A stretch of 32,000 bases of DNA from Caldicellulosiruptor hydrothermalis 108 (GTDB lineage: Bacteria; Bacillota; Thermoanaerobacteria; Caldicellulosiruptorales; Caldicellulosiruptoraceae): contig NC_014652.1 in the NCBI RefSeq assembly GCF_000166355.1, forward strand, positions 1,616,928-1,648,927, read 5' to 3'. Positions 28,304-32,000 of this stretch are shown piece by piece (the first letter of the stretch is position 1; every line of letters starts with the position of its first letter). The notes under the pieces are model-generated. The model saw nothing but the letters and a program-made list of their open reading frames with translations, searched no databases and was not told the origin of the DNA. The translations under genes were made by a program, and so were the position numbers.

Positions 28304-28897
28304 TCAAATCTTTGATAACTTTTTCAAAGCAAGTTTTATTCCATCTTCCAAAGAAAGTTCAGAAAAATCTTCGGATGAAAGAACCTGGTTCACTTCATCA
28401 ATGTCATACCCCAAGGATAAAAGTGCCAAAGATATTTCTTCAAGTTTTTCGTAAGTTTTTTCTTCTTTACCTGAAGTAGAACCCACTTTGAACTCTTTTT
28501 TGAGTGTCTCTTTGAGCTCAAGAATTATCCTGCTCGCAGTTTTTTTCCCAATTCCTTTTACCTTCTCAAGTCTTGCCACATTTCCCTTTGCAATCTCAAC
28601 AATAAGCTCTTGAAAGTCTATTGAGGAAAGAATCTGAAGAGCTAATTTGCTGCCAACACCGGTTACCTTCTGAAGCTTTAAAAAAAGTTCCCTTTCTTCC
28701 CTTGTCAAAAAGCCATAACATTCAATCTCTGATAAATTTTCGTTAAACTTTAGGCTAACATACACTCTCTTTTCTTTGCCTAAAAATTCAGAAAATTTTG
28801 TACCATTGCAAAATATTTTTATGTATATGTTATTGTAATTGAGGATAACATAATTATTAAATACCTCTTGGATGGTTCCCACAATAGAATCTATCAT
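28304..28897 (-). CDS. ruvA: Holliday junction DNA-binding protein RuvA
   Basis: 197-aa ORF with HhH motifs VTGVGSKLALQILS and VKGIGKKTASRIILEL. The ATG overlaps the ruvC stop. Confidence 0.93.
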   Translation of the reverse strand: MIDSIVGTIQEVFNNYVILNYNNIYIKIFCNGTKFSEFLGKEKRVYVSLKFNENLSEIECYGFLTREERELFLKLQKVTGVGSKLALQILSSIDFQELIVEIAKGNVARLEKVKGIGKKTASRIILELKETLKKEFKVGSTSGKEEKTYEKLEEISLALLSLGYDIDEVNQVLSSEDFSELSLEDGIKLALKKLSKI

Positions 28898-29394
28898 ACT
28901 TCATCCTCCTGATAAAGTACCGAAGAGCTTGACAGTATATGACACATCGCAACAGCCAAAGCATCTGCAACATCATCTGGCTTAGGAATTTCAGAAAGAC
29001 CAAGTAGACTTTTTACCATTTTTTGTATTTGAGTTTTATCTGCTCTACCATATCCAGTTATGGATTGTTTAACTTGCAAGGGGGTATATTCGTAAATGCT
29101 CAGGTTATTCTGAATACATGTGAGAATAATCACACCTCTTGCCTCACCAATTGTGATAGCAGTTTTGGAGTTTTTACTGAAAAAAAGTTCTTCAATTGCA
29201 ACAACGTCAGGCTGATACAGCGAAATTATGCTACAAAGCTCAGTATAAAGATGTAAAAGTCTCATCGACTTTTTGAGACTGCTCGAAGTTTCTATTCTGC
29301 CATAGTCGATTACTTTAAACTCTGAGCCATTTTTAGACTCTATAATTCCATAACCAGTCAGCGCAATCCCGGGGTCAATACCAAGCACTCGCAA
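28894..29394 (-). CDS. ruvC: Crossover junction endodeoxyribonuclease RuvC
   Basis: 166-aa ORF with a TTG start: MRVLGIDPG, AIEELFF, PDDVADALAVA. Confidence 0.93.
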   Translation of the reverse strand: MRVLGIDPGIALTGYGIIESKNGSEFKVIDYGRIETSSSLKKSMRLLHLYTELCSIISLYQPDVVAIEELFFSKNSKTAITIGEARGVIILTCIQNNLSIYEYTPLQVKQSITGYGRADKTQIQKMVKSLLGLSEIPKPDDVADALAVAMCHILSSSSVLYQEDEV

Positions 29395-29499
29395 CTTTTC
29401 TCAAATCCTTTCTCTATATTTCGAATTTTTAAACTCCACAAACATTGATTCTTTATTCATTTTAGCACAATTTAATTTTTTTATCCACAAAATATATGC

Positions 29500-29528
29500 T
29501 TGCATTTTTATTCTTTTTAACTTATAAT
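29500..29528 (+). promoter_or_regulatory. Candidate promoter for the GNAT gene
   Basis: TTGCAT, a 17-nt spacer, then TATAAT. Confidence 0.45.
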
Positions 29529-29552
29529 TATGCATTGAAGGAGGAAAGAATA

Positions 29553-30035
29553 ATGGAATTTGTGGTTCGAAGAGCAACTTATGATGATGTAAAGGCTATA
29601 AAAGAGATAACAAAAGAGGCATTTACAAAGTATTGTGAACTTGCAGGTATTGACCCTGCCAAAAATGCAGCTGTAAACGAAACAGAAGAGGATATAAAAA
29701 GGGATATTGACACAAAAGAGGTTTATGTTGCTTTTATGGATGGAATAATTGTAGGCACTATTAGAGTAGAGATATTTCCTGACAAAACAGCATATATAAG
29801 CAGGTTTGGAGTAAGACTCAACTATCAAAATAACGGTGTTGGAAAAGCTCTTATGAAGGTGGTAGATGAAAGACTAAAAGAACTTGGGGTCAAAAAGGTT
29901 TATCTTCACACAGCTTCAAAGGTTCGCGACCTTGTTCGATTTTATTATGCAAGAGGCTTTTACATTGTATCAACATCAAATGAAAATGGGTATATTAGAG
30001 CACTTTTGTGTAAAGAATATGATGAAGAAAACTAA
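29553..30035 (+). CDS. GNAT-family N-acetyltransferase
   Basis: Starts at MEFVVRRATYDDV (GAAGGAGG RBS). Acetyl-CoA motif A is RLNYQNNGVGKALM. The track ORF's 19 upstream codons span the promoter. Confidence 0.85.
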   Translation: MEFVVRRATYDDVKAIKEITKEAFTKYCELAGIDPAKNAAVNETEEDIKRDIDTKEVYVAFMDGIIVGTIRVEIFPDKTAYISRFGVRLNYQNNGVGKALMKVVDERLKELGVKKVYLHTASKVRDLVRFYYARGFYIVSTSNENGYIRALLCKEYDEEN

Positions 30036-30100
30036 AGGGCTTTGCAGGGCTCATTGTAAAAAGGGAATTTTGAGCTTCTTGTGCATGCAAAGCCCTTTTT
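30034..30100. terminator. Compound hairpin / bidirectional terminator between the convergent GNAT and GH4 genes
   Basis: AAAGGGCTTTGCA (30034..30046) pairs with TGCAAAGCCCTTT (30086..30098). An inner GCTCA/TGAGC stem is present, and a T-run follows. Confidence 0.65.
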
Positions 30101-30126
30101 GACTTTAATTTCTATATTAATCAATA

Positions 30127-31443
30127 TTACCTATAAAACTTTTCTGGCAGCCATTCTTTTTCTGCTTCAAACATCTCATCAACCATCTGGCGTATTTGGT
30201 CTAAATCCAAAACAGCGCTTGTGAGAGGGTCCATCATAATTGCATGATAAACTGCTTCCCTATCACCCATCAAAGCAGCAAGAACAGTTAGCTCTTGAAC
30301 ATTTATATTTGTTCTGTTCAAAGCTGCAAGCTGTGGAGGAAGATCTCCAACATAAGTTGGCTGAATACCATTTTTGTCAACCAAACATGGTACTTCAACG
30401 CAGCATCCTTCAGGTAGATTTGTTATTAAACCTTTGTTTTCAACATTACCATTTATCACAGCTGGAGTATTTGTCTCTATGGAATGGATGATAGTTGCAC
30501 AGTATTCGTTACTTCTTTTTGGGTCGATGTAGTCTGCCTCTGCCATTTTCTTCAGGTCATCAAGTAAAGTCTTCGCAGCATCTAAGCAACAGTGTAGATA
30601 CATACCATTGTAATGTTCTTTGTGCCATGAATGTGTTTTATGTATTCTATTTATCCAATCGTCGCTCTTTCTAAAATAGGGAACATATTCAGACATGTGA
30701 AAACTTGACTCTGTTACATAATATCCAAAATGTTTTAGTATCTCAAATTTAGTCACATCTTGTGTGTAAATTTCCGGGTCGTTTGCCTTTTCTCTTATAA
30801 GAGGATATGCATCTTTCCCATTCCACTCAAATTTTAAAAACCATGCCATGTGGTTTATACCTGCACATAAGTATGAAACCTCTTCCATTTTTGCCCCAAT
30901 AATCTTTGCTAAAAATTCAGCAGTTCCTTGAACACTGTGACAAAGCCCTACATTTTTTTTGTTCGTAGCTTTATTTAACGCCCAGCAGTTCATTGCCATT
31001 GGATTTACATAATTGAGCAAAAGTGCGTCAGGACACAGCTCTTCCATGTCCTTTGCAATGTCAAGTAAAACCGGTATTGTTCGCAGAGCCCTGAAAACTC
31101 CACCTGGACCTATTGTATCGCCAACTGCCTGTTTTACACCGTATTTTAGAGGAATGTAAATGTCATATTCGTAAGGTTTTAAACCTCCAACTTGTATTGT
31201 GACAACCACATATTTTGCACCTTTTAAAGCCTCTTTTCTATCGGTTGTGGCTTCAAGCCGGGTAGAATACTTCTCCTGGTCAATGAGTTTTTGCAGAGCT
31301 TTTCTCATAAATTCAAGCCTTATACTGTCAATGTCCATAAGCGCTATTGTAGAGTTTCTTAGCTCTGGATATGACAAAATGTCTCTTACCAAGTTTCTTG
31401 TGAAAACTCCACTTCCTGCACCTATGATAGCTATTTTGAGCAT
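30127..31443 (-). CDS. Glycoside hydrolase family 4 (NAD+/Mn2+-dependent), MelA-like alpha-galactosidase
   Basis: MLKIAIIGAGSGVF Rossmann N-terminus and a GLCHSVQGTAE catalytic block like MelA. The preferred start is ATG 31443 (GGAAGGAGA RBS); the track start is 31461. Confidence 0.85.
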   Translation of the reverse strand: MLKIAIIGAGSGVFTRNLVRDILSYPELRNSTIALMDIDSIRLEFMRKALQKLIDQEKYSTRLEATTDRKEALKGAKYVVVTIQVGGLKPYEYDIYIPLKYGVKQAVGDTIGPGGVFRALRTIPVLLDIAKDMEELCPDALLLNYVNPMAMNCWALNKATNKKNVGLCHSVQGTAEFLAKIIGAKMEEVSYLCAGINHMAWFLKFEWNGKDAYPLIREKANDPEIYTQDVTKFEILKHFGYYVTESSFHMSEYVPYFRKSDDWINRIHKTHSWHKEHYNGMYLHCCLDAAKTLLDDLKKMAEADYIDPKRSNEYCATIIHSIETNTPAVINGNVENKGLITNLPEGCCVEVPCLVDKNGIQPTYVGDLPPQLAALNRTNINVQELTVLAALMGDREAVYHAIMMDPLTSAVLDLDQIRQMVDEMFEAEKEWLPEKFYR

Positions 31444-31536
31444 ACTCTCATCTCCTTCCATGAATATATCTTTTATTTTAACCTTTCGGCCGCTGTATTT
31501 AAATCTAATAATTTTGAAACTTCTATTAGATTTTAT

Positions 31537-31588
31537 AAAACAAACAAGACAGCTTCTTAAATTTTATACTCTTTAAGAAGCTGTCTTG
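31537..31588 (-). terminator. Intrinsic terminator after the arabinofuranosidase gene
   Basis: Perfect 17-bp inverted repeat CAAGACAGCTTCTTAAA / TTTAAGAAGCTGTCTTG with a 10-nt loop, followed on the minus strand by TTTGTTTT. Confidence 0.8.
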
Positions 31589-31606
31589 CTTAGCTTTGCA
31601 ATGTAA

Positions 31607-32000
31607 TTAATTTTCTTTCTTCTTTAACCTGATAACATTCCATGAGAATTTGGGCAATATGGATGTTAAAACATTGCCTTCTATCTTTGAAATTCCACCT
31701 TTGTGGGGCACAACATTGTCAGGCTTATCTTGAGTGTTTCCTTTGTAAATATCATCACTTTCATATACAATATGCTCCACAACCTCAAAGCCTTCAAAAC
31801 CATCAAGCTTAAATTCTACCTGCATCTCCTCTTCTAAATCTCTGTTAACTGCAAAGACTGTTATTTCATTCTTCTCCTCATTGTATGTTGCAACTGTTTC
31901 AATGTATGGAACATCAGTAAAGTCTTTTGAATCATATTTAGGAGAATTTACCTTAGGAAGCAGTGCAACTCCATGTCCAAAGTTTGCAGCATGCATGAAA
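31607..32000 (-). CDS. abfA: Alpha-L-arabinofuranosidase (GH51), C-terminal ~130 codons only (the 5' part lies beyond the right edge)
   Basis: The reading frame is open to the window edge. The C-terminal beta-sandwich sequence ..VFAVNRDLEEEM..VEHIVYESDD..FSWNVIRLKK resembles the GH51 AbfA C-terminus. Confidence 0.75.
   Translation of the reverse strand, partial: FMHAANFGHGVALLPKVNSPKYDSKDFTDVPYIETVATYNEEKNEITVFAVNRDLEEEMQVEFKLDGFEGFEVVEHIVYESDDIYKGNTQDKPDNVVPHKGGISKIEGNVLTSILPKFSWNVIRLKKKEN

Overview
The window reads as core chromosome from an AT-rich thermophilic Firmicute. The gene content (reverse gyrase, GH51 and GH4 glycosidases, a Clostridia-style rplU-prp-rpmA-obg cluster) reminds me of Caldicellulosiruptor, but that is recall and I cannot verify it here. 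About 31 protein genes are supportable, and three riboswitch or leader elements can be read directly from the sequence: a lysine riboswitch before asd-dapA-dapB-ACT, a SAM-I riboswitch before metY-metX-MBL-dipeptidase, and a probable L21 leader. I found no rRNA, tRNA, CRISPR array, transposase or integrase.

The most interesting part is the left 6.2 kb, a tightly packed minus-strand operon: nurA, then an uncharacterised 198-aa gene, then herA, then mre11/sbcD, then rad50/sbcC. It reproduces the archaeal HerA-Mre11-Rad50-NurA end-resection gene set in a bacterium. The extra gene looks by eye like a free-standing copy of HerA's N-terminal HAS-barrel without the ATPase core.

Lower-priority observations:
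- a frameshifted orphan HEPN (HI0074-type) gene
- a stand-alone aspartokinase beta-subunit-like ACT protein inside the lysine-riboswitch operon
- an intact bacterial reverse gyrase about 5 kb from the resection operon
- an S-box operon that also carries an MBL hydrolase and an M19 dipeptidase
- a 13-bp perfect inverted repeat between metY and metX
- a small Cys4 ORF between obg and yhbY
- queH translationally coupled to ruvCAB

All calls come from hand reading of motifs. No database search was run.
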